Source of the DNA: an uncultured Caulobacterales bacterium
GTDB lineage: Bacteria > Pseudomonadota > Alphaproteobacteria > Caulobacterales > Parvularculaceae
NCBI GenBank assembly: GCA_964535605.1
Contig: CAZHUI010000008.1
Span: forward strand, 312-64,311
DNA: 64,000 nt
Direction: 5' to 3'
Shown: piece by piece, positions 32,124 to 41,855 of the stretch
How the letters are laid out: each line of letters opens with the position of its first letter
Numbering within the stretch: the first letter of the stretch is position 1
Notes under the pieces: generated by a model
Told to the model about the DNA's origin: nothing
Database searches by the model: none
What the model saw: the letters and a program-made list of their open reading frames with translations, nothing else
Translations under genes and position numbers: made by a program

Positions 32124-35100
32124 CTAAAAATTCACCCGGAAAGACGCGAAATACCGCCGGCCGATCGGATCATAAAACTCCGCGGCGAAATTCCCGCTAT
32201 CGTTGAAGGCGGTGATCGCAGGTTCGGCGTCTGTCAGGTTTTGGACGCCCGCCTGAACGTAAGTCTGATCCGAAAGCCGCAAACGCGCGGTCAGGTCCAG
32301 ATAGAAGGCGCTCGGGATCCGCGCTTCCGGCCGGTCGCTCCGAACGGTCAGCGCTTTTCCTCTCCGGTTTGCAGAGGCGACGACCGTCCACTGATCAATT
32401 TCAACGCCCGCCGACAGCAGCGTCCGGTGGCGCGGAAAGTCAATCAGCCCCTCAAGCCGGCTCGCCTCGCCCGTTCCCGGGTCGCTCGACACCCTGTCCG
32501 TATAGGTGTGCAGCGCGCTGACCCAGATGAGATCGGCGAATGGGATAAACGCAGGCTCGCCCGCGTATCGGAATTCAAGATCGAGCCCCCGCCAGTTGAA
32601 CGACCCGTTATTGCGCAGCACGAGATCAAAAGCCTCGATCTGCCGCGTGACCGGATCGCGAACGATCGAGGGCTGACCGGTGCGCGGATTGAGGCCGCAG
32701 TCAGGCGACGAAAAATTTGGGCTCGCAAAACAACTGCTGACAGGATTTTCAGCCGCTGACACCGCATTGCTGATTTTAAACTCATACCAGGCGGCGGTCA
32801 GCTCCATGCGGCCGGGAAATGACGCAATCCAGTCGCTGGGCGATAGCGAAAGTCCGTAGACGCTGCTTCTGACCCGCTCCGGCTGCAATTCCGGGTTTCC
32901 ATAAATCGTGACTGTCGCGAGCGTATTCGCCTGAATGAATGAGGCGCCGACGCCAAGAGGACCGGCGCTCTTGCAGTTGGCGCGAACGAACTCGGACTGC
33001 AATGCCGGATCGAGACCACAGGGATCGAGGAACGCCTGTTCGAAGCTCGGGCCTAGGGACCGCAGCTCGATAATGTCCGGCGCTCGCTCCCCAAAATGGC
33101 GCCGCGCGAAAAGCGACACGCCGGGCGCCGGGCGCCAGTCCAGCCCCGCTTCAAAATTGATAAGTCCCGCATGCTGGGAGGAGTCGGTGAAGCGCAAGGC
33201 CATGGAACCGTCGAGCGCCCCCGGAATGCCGCCCATCCTGATAAGGTCGGCGTCGATCTGCGCGAAGGCGTCGAAGGTTTCGATCCCGGCTTCAGTATTT
33301 GCGCCGCGGAAATAGGCGATGGGCTCCACCGAGGCGGGGGCAAGATCGCGGTCGGAAAAACTTGAACGCCGAAATTCTGCGCCCGCCGCAACGCGTCCTT
33401 CCTTGTCGCCGCCAAAATCGAGAACCGCCGTTCCGACTGCGGCGACTTCATGCTCGCTGATCGTCAGGGTGCGTTTTAGTTGAGGGGTCGAAATGAAATC
33501 CAGCGCGTCGGAAGAGATTTCAGGCGTCGTAAAAAAATCGACCGGCGCACAGCCGGGCGTAGCAGCGCATTGCGTCGTGTCGAGCGCCGTGCGCAGTCTT
33601 GCCGCGTCAACGCGCGCGCTTTCCTGGGAGACCGCCCTGTTGCGGCCATAACGGTAAATCAACGAGAAGGTTCGATCGTCGCCGCCGGCTTCAATTCCGG
33701 TTGCGATGTCAAACGAGCGCCGGTCGATGTCGCTCAACCGGGGCCCAAGCTCAGCGTAACGGTGCTCGAACACGATGGCGGTCGCGGACGCGCCAAAGCT
33801 GGATTGCACGACGTCACGAACGGACTGAGGGAGGAAGAGATTGTCGAGGGAGATAGCGGCTGCATCGCCCGTCACCGGATTTATGCCGCGCGCGCGCACG
33901 GCCGGCAACGGCAGCAAGGAGACATGATGCGCGCTGACGCCGCCATGGGCCTCGATGAAAAAGCGCCATCCGTCGGCGGGCTCCGCCTGAAAGGACGCCA
34001 TGCCGAACAGCCGGTCATTGGGCAGCACGGTGCTTTGCGTGTTTTGCAGATCGCTGAGCTGGTCCAGCGCGCCGACAAATCGCGAGAGTCCGCCGTCCGG
34101 TTGCGGAATGTAGGACGCGCCGCCGGGAAATCGGGAGAACGATCCGTCGGGGAGGATGACGCCGGTGACCAGCCCTCTTTCGGTAAGCGTGCTTTGCCCG
34201 AACCCCGGGAGAAAGACGGCGTCCGGCGAGGTTGAGCGCCGGCCGTCAAGAGCGAAGCCGTAAATGATATCGGAAAACTCCCGGTCGGCGCCGGTCAATC
34301 CCTCGCTCCGCGCGGCGGCGAGGCCGACGGTGAGGTTTCCGACATTTTCAAACGTGTGACCGGCGATCGCGTGCAGCGAAGCCGCTTCACTGTCGCCTCG
34401 TTCCGAAACGCCAAAGCGCCCGCCGGCCTCCAGCCCGTCGAAATTCGATCTTGTGACGAAATTGATCGTCCCTGCGACGGCGCCGCCGCCGAAGCGCGCG
34501 CCGGCCGGCGTGTTCTGCACTTCGATCCGTTCAAGGAACGGTTCGGCGAAGACGGCGAGATCGACGCCGCCGATGTCCCCATTGCCGCCGCTCGTCAGCG
34601 TTCGACGCCGCCCGTTCATCAGCACCATCGTGCGCCGGGGGTTCAAGCCCCTCAGGTCCGCAAGGCTCATGCCCGCGGCCGAGCCGAACAGCGCCGTGTT
34701 TGACGGGGTGAAAGACGCTAGCGATTGCGGCAGGTCGTAGATTGCTTCGGCGGGACTTGTAGCGCCGAGATAGGCGAGTTCGTCGGCGTCGATGACGAAC
34801 AGCCGCTTCGCTCCGGATGTCGTCGGCAATGACGCGGTCGAACCTACAACGAGAATTGTGTCAACCGGCGGCGGCGCTACGGGCGTTTCCGGGAAACTTT
34901 GCACGCCAACGACTTCAAGCGTCCGCTCATCGCCCGTGATCGCGTAAGCGTTCGCGGAGACCTTGTGGAGCCGCAGCTGAACGCCTTCAAGAATCTTGGA
35001 CAGCTCCGCTTCGCTGGTAGTCGAAGGCTCAACGACGGAGACATTCTTGCCGAAGAGGAGGCGGCTGTCGAAGACGAACGAATATCCCTTCGACTGGCGG

Positions 35101-35273
35101 AGCGCATCAAGCACAAGCTCGACCGGAATTAGCGCAATGCCGTCGCTTCGCTCGCGGCTCAGTCGCAACTCGGCGGCGATCTTCGTTTCTTCCCCTTCCA
35201 AAGCGTGCGCATGCGTCGCCGCCGCGAGCGTCAGGAGCGCAAGAATCGACGATTGTCGCCTTCGCGCGATCAT
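32124..35273 (-). CDS. TonB-dependent receptor/transducer with N-terminal STN signalling extension
   Basis: STN-like region (LDALRQSKGYSFVFD...LSKILEG), DTILVVG TonB box, LRGLNPRRTMVLMNGRR plug, C-terminal GRRYFASFRVNF; overlaps the fecR stop. Confidence 0.88.
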   Translation of the reverse strand: MIARRRQSSILALLTLAAATHAHALEGEETKIAAELRLSRERSDGIALIPVELVLDALRQSKGYSFVFDSRLLFGKNVSVVEPSTTSEAELSKILEGVQLRLHKVSANAYAITGDERTLEVVGVQSFPETPVAPPPVDTILVVGSTASLPTTSGAKRLFVIDADELAYLGATSPAEAIYDLPQSLASFTPSNTALFGSAAGMSLADLRGLNPRRTMVLMNGRRRTLTSGGNGDIGGVDLAVFAEPFLERIEVQNTPAGARFGGGAVAGTINFVTRSNFDGLEAGGRFGVSERGDSEAASLHAIAGHTFENVGNLTVGLAAARSEGLTGADREFSDIIYGFALDGRRSTSPDAVFLPGFGQSTLTERGLVTGVILPDGSFSRFPGGASYIPQPDGGLSRFVGALDQLSDLQNTQSTVLPNDRLFGMASFQAEPADGWRFFIEAHGGVSAHHVSLLPLPAVRARGINPVTGDAAAISLDNLFLPQSVRDVVQSSFGASATAIVFEHRYAELGPRLSDIDRRSFDIATGIEAGGDDRTFSLIYRYGRNRAVSQESARVDAARLRTALDTTQCAATPGCAPVDFFTTPEISSDALDFISTPQLKRTLTISEHEVAAVGTAVLDFGGDKEGRVAAGAEFRRSSFSDRDLAPASVEPIAYFRGANTEAGIETFDAFAQIDADLIRMGGIPGALDGSMALRFTDSSQHAGLINFEAGLDWRPAPGVSLFARRHFGERAPDIIELRSLGPSFEQAFLDPCGLDPALQSEFVRANCKSAGPLGVGASFIQANTLATVTIYGNPELQPERVRSSVYGLSLSPSDWIASFPGRMELTAAWYEFKISNAVSAAENPVSSCFASPNFSSPDCGLNPRTGQPSIVRDPVTRQIEAFDLVLRNNGSFNWRGLDLEFRYAGEPAFIPFADLIWVSALHTYTDRVSSDPGTGEASRLEGLIDFPRHRTLLSAGVEIDQWTVVASANRRGKALTVRSDRPEARIPSAFYLDLTARLRLSDQTYVQAGVQNLTDAEPAITAFNDSGNFAAEFYDPIGRRYFASFRVNF

Positions 35274-36280
35274 TCTTGCTCCGGCGCCTTCAGGATTGTT
35301 CGCGCAGGTTCGTCAGTCGCCTCAAGGCCGAAGATCAACGCCAGCGCTTTCACCGCCGTGTTGCGGTCGCGCACGTCAAATTCGCCCGTCACCGGAAGCT
35401 CGGCGAGAGTCCCGTCGGCGAGCACGATCGGCGAGGCGAAATAGCGATTGAGCGAGGCGACGACATCGCCGAGAGGCTCGTCCCGGAAGCGCGCTTTCCC
35501 GCCGCGCCAGGCGAGAACAAGGCTTGGATCAAAGCGCATGACCGCGGACGCTTTTCCTGCACTGTCGATTTCAATCATGTCGCCGGCGAGCAGCGTTGAC
35601 GTCGGGCCGAAGCGCGGCGTCACGTCCACGACGCCGGTCACCACATGCACCGAAGACCCACGATTGTCGGCGAAGACGTCGAAAGAGGTTCCGGTGACCA
35701 TGATCGATGCATTCGTTGTCTCAACGACGAATGGCCGGGCAAGATCCTTGTCGACATCGAAAAACGCTTCGCCGGCGATCAAGTCGACGCGGCGTTCATC
35801 CGCTGTGTAGCGGACGGCGATTTTCGAAGCGGTGTTCAGTTGCGCCTGACTGCCGTCAGCCAGCAGCACCGTCTCCGACTCACCGACGCCGGTGTCATAG
35901 GCGATGACTTCCGGCGGCGCCGGCGATCCGGCGATCTTGATCGCCGTGAACGCCGCCGCCGACAGCAGAGCAACCGCCGCCAGCGAGGCGGCGATGCGAT
36001 TGAACGGCGCCCGCGACACATTGGCGACCGGTTGCGCCGCGCCGTTCAACTGCCTCTCAAACTCCTCAGCGAGCAGCGTTTCTCCGTGCCCGTCCAATTC
36101 GTCGAGGGCCTCTTCGAGCGCCGCCAATGCGCGGCGATTTTCTTCCGAGGCGGCGCGCCAGGTCTCAAAGTCGCGCTCTTCGCTGGAAGTCATGGCGCCG
36201 GACTGGCGCCGCATCACCCAATAGGCGGCGGCGTCATCCGGGGCCGGAGGAAGTGGGGAAATTGAAGGTCTGTTATTCAT
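35270..36280 (-). CDS. fecR: FecR-family anti-sigma factor
   Basis: AAAYWVMR...FETWRAAS N-terminus, TM helix, LADGS..QLNTAS, GEAFFDV..D.ARPFVV, VTGTSFDV, LAWRGG. Confidence 0.93.
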   Translation of the reverse strand: MNNRPSISPLPPAPDDAAAYWVMRRQSGAMTSSEERDFETWRAASEENRRALAALEEALDELDGHGETLLAEEFERQLNGAAQPVANVSRAPFNRIAASLAAVALLSAAAFTAIKIAGSPAPPEVIAYDTGVGESETVLLADGSQAQLNTASKIAVRYTADERRVDLIAGEAFFDVDKDLARPFVVETTNASIMVTGTSFDVFADNRGSSVHVVTGVVDVTPRFGPTSTLLAGDMIEIDSAGKASAVMRFDPSLVLAWRGGKARFRDEPLGDVVASLNRYFASPIVLADGTLAELPVTGEFDVRDRNTAVKALALIFGLEATDEPARTILKAPEQE

Positions 36281-36307
36281 CTTTTGCCTTGGTTCGCTGT
36301 TCGCGCA

Positions 36308-36934
36308 TTATTGTTCGCCTCTGCCCCGCCGCTGGACGCGGCGTTCGGTGAAAGGAATGATTTCGCCGCCGGCCGCGGTGTCCGCAGTCGCCGCGCGCAC
36401 GGCTTTCAGCGCGGCGATGATATATTTCTCGATGCTGCTTTCAGAGACCCCCAGCATGACGGCGATCTCGCGATAGGTTTTGCCTTCGAAGCGGCTCAAC
36501 ACAAACGCGGTGCGGACCTGATCGGGCAACGCGCGGATTGCGCCGAGCGTCACCGACATCTTTTCTTTCGACAGCGCCGTTTCCTCGGGCGAGGGATCGC
36601 CGCAGGCGACAAGGCTGGCGGCGTCTTCGCCGTCTCTGGCGGACGGCTCCGCTGAAAATTGCCGCCGCCGCTTTCTCGATCGAAACTCGTTTGCGGCGAG
36701 ATTGGCGGCTGTTTTGAAGATGAGCGCCTGCGCGTTCTCGATCTTCTGCGTTCGCGCGTAACGGAGCACGCGAAGATAGGCGCCCTGCGCAATATCGCGC
36801 GCGGTTTCGACGTCGCCAAGTTTCTGGGCGAGCCACCGGATCAACATTTCATTGTGTTTGCGGAACGCCTCATCGACGTCCCCGGCGCTAGCGCCCGGCA
36901 TACCGGCCAGTTCGTTGTCGCCAACGCGATCCAT
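36308..36934 (-). CDS. ECF sigma factor (FecI-like)
   Basis: ARDIAQ.AYLR region 2, LPDQVRTAFVLSRFEGKTYREIA..LGVSESSIEKY region 4; directly upstream of fecR. Start uncertain. Confidence 0.92.
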   Translation of the reverse strand: MDRVGDNELAGMPGASAGDVDEAFRKHNEMLIRWLAQKLGDVETARDIAQGAYLRVLRYARTQKIENAQALIFKTAANLAANEFRSRKRRRQFSAEPSARDGEDAASLVACGDPSPEETALSKEKMSVTLGAIRALPDQVRTAFVLSRFEGKTYREIAVMLGVSESSIEKYIIAALKAVRAATADTAAGGEIIPFTERRVQRRGRGEQ

Positions 36935-37352
36935 GAGCCCTGTCCCACGCGCTGCCTCGCGCCAATCTGCGCAAAGCCGAATCAATCCCTCCCAAAAGCC
37001 CCCGCCCTTTTTCCCCCTGATTTTCTTGAGGGGACATCATCGGCCGGTGTCTCTTGGTCGGGATATCTGTGGTGAGCCCTTGGATATCCTTCCAGAGAAG
37101 TTGGTCGGGGCGCTTCGCCGGCGCCCCGACCTTTTCATGATCATAGTGCTGACTTTCGGACGGAGGCAACAGGCTCGCAGCCGCTGGAATGTTGCCGCCG
37201 CGCCACGTCCACGACGCGACGGCGTTCCGGGCCTGAGGGGCCGCCCCCGGCAAATGTCTTCCCCTTGAGCGCATGGCCGCAACGAACCGGGTCGCCCCGG
37301 TCCCGTGGCGGTTTGCGCGCAATCAAAAACCTCAAACGAGACAGGGGAAGTC

Positions 37353-40241
37353 ATGAATACGAAAAGCCGGACGAAGAGGGTTTGCGGCCTCATGCTGCAA
37401 GCGTCGTGCTTGGCCTTACTGTCGCAAGCCGCATCGCCGGCCCTGGCGCAGGAACCGGATCCTGACGCCGATATCGTCATTGTGACGGGCACGCGGGTCA
37501 AAAATCCCAATCTCGAACAGGCGAGCCAAATTCAGGTCGTCGGCGAAGACGAGATCGCGCTTCAGAACGCCGACGCCGCCGAAGAATTGATCCGCCAGCT
37601 TCCCGGCGTCGCCCCGGGCAACGGCCCGAACGTCAACAATGGACAGAACGGCGCCGCGACGCTCAACCTGCGCAATCTCGGAACCAACCGAAACGTCGTT
37701 CTTCTCGATTCGCAGCGGATCGTGCCGTTCGGGCTGGCCGGCGAGACTGACACCAATCTTATTCCGGTCTCGCTGATCGAACGGATCGAACTCGTCACCG
37801 GCGGCGCTTCGTCGGTTTATGGCGCAGACGCCATCGCCGGCGTCACGAACTTCATCACCCGGCGCGACTTTTCGGGGATCGAGCTCAATTCCAGCTACCG
37901 GATCACTGAAGAGAGCGACGGCCAGGTGTTCCGGACCGAACTGACGTTCGGCGGCGATTTCGCCGACGGCCGCGGCAATGCCGCCTTTTCGCTGGGCTAT
38001 CGCGACCAGAACCCGGTGCTGCAAGGCGACCGTGAAATCGGCGAAATCTCGTTGAGCTCCAACACCGGGCTGCAGCAAGGGTCGGCGACCGCTGCGCCGG
38101 GATCGCTGTTTGCGCCCGGCGTCATCGCCGGCGGTATCGATCCGGCGACCGGCGCCATCAATGTCGGCGTCAACAATGACTTCAACTTCAGCCCGCTCAA
38201 CCTCTTCCAGACCCCGCAAGAGCGGCACAATATCTACGCGCAAGCGAACTACGACATCACCGACAACATTGAAGCCTATGGCAGCGGCTTCTTCGTCCGG
38301 TCCTTCGTCGAGGCCAATCTGGCGCCCAGCGGCAGTTTCACGAACAACTGGCAACTGCCGCTGTCGAACCCGTTCCTGCCGACAGCTTTCCGCAATCAGC
38401 TTTGCGGCGCGCTGTCGATCGCGCAACCGACATGCGACGCCGCGGCAGCGGCGACTTCGCTGACGGACCCGAACTATCAGGAGGTCACGATCCAGTTCGG
38501 CCGCCGGTTTGTGGAAGCCGGCCCGCGCGTGCAGGCGTTTACGACGGACTCGTTCCAGTTCACGACCGGCCTGCGCGGAGATCTGTCTGAAACCTGGTCA
38601 TGGGACCTCTCCGGAACTTACGGGGAATCGACTCAGGTGCAGGTCCGGACAGGCTGGGGCCTCGCCTCCCGACTTCAGCAGTCGCTCCGGTCCTTCAATA
38701 CGACGAGCTGCGCCGTGACGACTGCCGGCTGCGTGCCGATCAATCTGTTCGGCGCCGCCGGAACGCTCGGACAGGGCGCTGTCGACTTCGTGACGCAAGC
38801 GGCCACCTCGCAGACGCTCAACACCACCATCGCCAATGTAATCGGCTCGGTGAACGGCGATCTCGGCGCGTTCAAAAGTCCGTGGGCGGAAAACCCGATC
38901 GGCGTCGCCTTCGGCGCCGAATATCGCGAATACGGCGCCACCCGCACCGCGGATGTCGCGACGTCAACGCCGAACGAAGTGCTCGGCGCCGGCGCCCCGG
39001 CGCCGGACATCAACGGCCGCTATGACTCCTATGAGGCGTTCGGCGAAGTGATCGCGCCGGTTCTTGAAGATCTGCCCTTCATCAAATCGTTCCAGATCGA
39101 AGCCGGCATCCGCTATTCCGACTATTCGACGACTGGCGGCAGCATTACCTGGAAGGCGGGCGGCAACTGGATCATCAATGACGACTATCGCATTCGCGGC
39201 GTCTATCAGCGCGCAGTGCGCTCGCCGAATATCGGGGAGCTGTTTGCGCCGCAAGTCGTCGGCCTGAACAATCTGACGACCGATCCCTGCCAACAGGCCT
39301 TGCCTGTCGGCAATGCGGCCCTCACGGCGCTTTGCGTTGCGACAGGCGTACCCGCCGGATTGATCGGCACGGTCATTCCGCCGATCGCCGGGCAGGTCAA
39401 CCAGACGACCGGCGGCAATCCGCTGCTTGACGTCGAGACGGCGACAACCTTCACCGCCGGCATCGTCGGAACCCCCTCATTCCTGCCGGACCTCACCTTC
39501 TCGTTCGACTATTTCAACATCCACATCGCCGACGCGGTCAGCCAGCCGGCGGTCGGCGACGTCGTCAACGGCTGCTACGCGATCGCGCTTAATCCCTCGC
39601 TCACCTTCAACTCGTTCTGCGCGCTGATCGGGCGCAATCCCGGCACCGGCTCGCTCAACGGCCCGCAGTCCGATACGCCGGGCATCATTCGCGCGTCTTC
39701 GAACCTTGGGACCTTCAACACTTCCGGTTTCGACTGGAGCGTCGGATATGACCTCGATCTCGGCGCAATGGGTTCGCTCGCTTTCAACCATCAGGGAACC
39801 CACACGCTCGAGAACCGGTTCCAGGCGAACCCGACATCGATCGATCGCGACTGCGTCGGTTTCTACGGCGTCAATTGCGATCCGGGCCTGCCGAAATGGC
39901 AGTTCAACCAGCGCCTCACCTGGTCCTATGACCGGATCGACCTGTCGCTGCGCCACCGGTTCATCGGCGGCCTCGCCGTCGATCCGACACAGCCGGGCGT
40001 CGCGGCCCTCTTCCCGGCCTATACCTCCATTGGCAGCGCCAATTATTTCGACATGACCGCGCGCGTCGAAGTGCGGGAGGGCATCGACCTGACTGCGACG
40101 GTCGACAACCTCCTCGACAAAGACCCGCCGGTTGTCGGCAACACGATCGGATCGACGGCCTTCAACTCCGGCAATACGTTCCCGACAATCTACGACGCGC
40201 TCGGCCGCACTTATACGGTGTCGCTGCGGGCGAAATTCTGA
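37353..40241 (+). CDS. TonB-dependent receptor
   Basis: Signal peptide, IVIVTGTR, LRNLGTNRNVVLLD, IERIELVTGGASSVYGADAIAGVTNF, GRTYTVSLRAKF; AGGGG RBS. Confidence 0.95.
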   Translation: MNTKSRTKRVCGLMLQASCLALLSQAASPALAQEPDPDADIVIVTGTRVKNPNLEQASQIQVVGEDEIALQNADAAEELIRQLPGVAPGNGPNVNNGQNGAATLNLRNLGTNRNVVLLDSQRIVPFGLAGETDTNLIPVSLIERIELVTGGASSVYGADAIAGVTNFITRRDFSGIELNSSYRITEESDGQVFRTELTFGGDFADGRGNAAFSLGYRDQNPVLQGDREIGEISLSSNTGLQQGSATAAPGSLFAPGVIAGGIDPATGAINVGVNNDFNFSPLNLFQTPQERHNIYAQANYDITDNIEAYGSGFFVRSFVEANLAPSGSFTNNWQLPLSNPFLPTAFRNQLCGALSIAQPTCDAAAAATSLTDPNYQEVTIQFGRRFVEAGPRVQAFTTDSFQFTTGLRGDLSETWSWDLSGTYGESTQVQVRTGWGLASRLQQSLRSFNTTSCAVTTAGCVPINLFGAAGTLGQGAVDFVTQAATSQTLNTTIANVIGSVNGDLGAFKSPWAENPIGVAFGAEYREYGATRTADVATSTPNEVLGAGAPAPDINGRYDSYEAFGEVIAPVLEDLPFIKSFQIEAGIRYSDYSTTGGSITWKAGGNWIINDDYRIRGVYQRAVRSPNIGELFAPQVVGLNNLTTDPCQQALPVGNAALTALCVATGVPAGLIGTVIPPIAGQVNQTTGGNPLLDVETATTFTAGIVGTPSFLPDLTFSFDYFNIHIADAVSQPAVGDVVNGCYAIALNPSLTFNSFCALIGRNPGTGSLNGPQSDTPGIIRASSNLGTFNTSGFDWSVGYDLDLGAMGSLAFNHQGTHTLENRFQANPTSIDRDCVGFYGVNCDPGLPKWQFNQRLTWSYDRIDLSLRHRFIGGLAVDPTQPGVAALFPAYTSIGSANYFDMTARVEVREGIDLTATVDNLLDKDPPVVGNTIGSTAFNSGNTFPTIYDALGRTYTVSLRAKF

Positions 40242-40268
40242 GACCGATCGGTTTCATCTGAGTTGAAC

Positions 40269-40301
40269 AGAGAGGCGGCGCGAAAGCGTCGCCTCTCTTT
40301 T
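40269..40301 (+). terminator. Rho-independent terminator
   Basis: AGAGAGGCGGCG-CGAAAG-CGTCGCCTCTCT followed by TTT. Confidence 0.8.
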
Positions 40302-40394
40302 CATTGCGCCAATAGCGCAACAGGCGGCGACGGCTTTGGTCACAATCGGCGCTTGCGCGTAGCGCAAGCGTCGCCCTACCGGGTCAGGGCGTTC

Positions 40395-40853
40395 TCAGGC
40401 GATCTTGCGGCCGCCGCCGGCGACGACGCCGGCAAGAGCGATCGCATCGATCAGCAACAACGCTCCCATGATGTGCCACGAAGTCGGCGCGCCGGTCGCT
40501 GACGCCAGCGTCTCGGCGACATAGGCGGCGCCAAAGAGGGGAATTGCATAGGCGACAAAGAGCGCGACCGCGGCCGGCCGGTCGCCGCGCCGGACCGCCG
40601 TGAACGTCACGAAAGCCCCGAGCAGGGCCAAACCGATAACGGCGGCGCCAATCAATTTCATCAGCGCAAAATATAACGGCCGGACAGAGTCTCGCGCGGG
40701 TTCCGGCACCGCAGCAGCGTGGAAGAACAGGATGTCCTGCACCGACGCGTAAAAGAAGCCGAAAACGCCATAGAAAAGCGCGAGCGCGACGAACCCCGCA
40801 ATCCCGGCGATGAGCGAAACTCTATTCACATGGCCTCCTTGCGACCGCGTCAT
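40395..40853 (-). CDS. Small four-TM membrane protein of unknown function
   Basis: Four hydrophobic segments and typical codon usage; start uncertain (GTG about 24 nt downstream is possible). Confidence 0.65.
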   Translation of the reverse strand: MTRSQGGHVNRVSLIAGIAGFVALALFYGVFGFFYASVQDILFFHAAAVPEPARDSVRPLYFALMKLIGAAVIGLALLGAFVTFTAVRRGDRPAAVALFVAYAIPLFGAAYVAETLASATGAPTSWHIMGALLLIDAIALAGVVAGGGRKIA

Positions 40854-40914
40854 CCGGCCTAGTTTCTCCCTTCCACATTTGATCCACGCCCGCGGAGATT
40901 TGAACGCCCCGCAG

Positions 40915-40933
40915 TCGCATGAATGCGATGCAG
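40915..40933. promoter_or_regulatory. Dyad TCGCAT-GA-ATGCGA overlapping a TGCGATGCAG PhaR-like box upstream of bdhA
   Basis: The perfect 6-bp dyad is seen directly; the resemblance to the TGC-N3-GCA PhaR sites of Alphaproteobacteria is from recall. Confidence 0.4.
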
Positions 40934-41021
40934 TTTCGGCATTTCAGTCAAACGCGCGATTGGGTGAGAAGCCTCCCCGCGACAAGCATCCGACGCTTTC
41001 GCCCTAAGGGAGAGTCTTCAA

Positions 41022-41855
41022 ATGGCTACAATGGAAAATATGCGGCGCACTGGCGCGTCGGCTGAGAGGCGGCCGCTTGAAGGCCGCGTCGCTCTTGTCA
41101 CCGGATCGACCAGCGGTATCGGCCGCGGCATCGCCGAGCGGCTCGCGGCCGACGGCGCCGCGATCATGATCAACGGATTTGGCGACACGCTTGACATCGA
41201 AATGACCAGAGACCGGATCGCTTTCGACCATTCCGTGCCGGTCGCTTACTCCAATGCTGACCTTTCGGCGCCGGGCGCTGTCCGCGACATGATCGTCGCC
41301 GCGCGCGACACGCTCGGTGAGATCGACATTCTCGTCAATAACGCCGGCATCCAGCATGTCGCCCCGATCGAAGATTTTCCCCTCGAAAAATGGGACTCGA
41401 TTCTCGCCGTCAATCTGTCGGCGGCGTTTCACGCGATCAAGGAAAGTCTGCCCTCGATGAAGCGGCGGGGCTGGGGCCGCATCGTCAACATCGCGTCAGC
41501 GCACGGCCTCGTCGGATCGCCGTTCAAATCGGCCTATGTCGCCGCCAAGCATGGCGTCGTCGGCCTCTCCAAGGTCGTGGCGCTGGAGGCGGCGCAATCC
41601 GGCGTCACCTGCAACACGATTTGTCCGGGCTATGTGTGGACGCCGCTCGTCGAAAAGCAGATCGAGGACCAGGCGAGCACGCACCATATCCCGCGCGAGA
41701 AAGTCATCACCGACATCCTGCTGAAAGCGCAGCCCAATAAACGCTTCGCGGAAACGAGCGAGATCGCCGCCCTGACCGCATATCTCTGTTCGGAATTTGC
41801 GGCGTCAATCACCGGCGCAGCATTACCGGTCGACGGCGGGTGGACCGCGCAATGA
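41022..41855 (+). CDS. bdhA: D-3-hydroxybutyrate dehydrogenase (SDR)
   Basis: TGSTSGIG, NNAGIQH, SAHGL...KSAYVAAKHG, ICPGYVWTPLVEKQI, LLKAQP motifs. Confidence 0.93.
   Translation: MATMENMRRTGASAERRPLEGRVALVTGSTSGIGRGIAERLAADGAAIMINGFGDTLDIEMTRDRIAFDHSVPVAYSNADLSAPGAVRDMIVAARDTLGEIDILVNNAGIQHVAPIEDFPLEKWDSILAVNLSAAFHAIKESLPSMKRRGWGRIVNIASAHGLVGSPFKSAYVAAKHGVVGLSKVVALEAAQSGVTCNTICPGYVWTPLVEKQIEDQASTHHIPREKVITDILLKAQPNKRFAETSEIAALTAYLCSEFAASITGAALPVDGGWTAQ

Noticed and set aside
37061-37088. GGATATC direct repeat spaced 21 bp between the sigma gene and the divergent TBDR
   Set aside because: Too short to separate from chance, and no regulator can be assigned.
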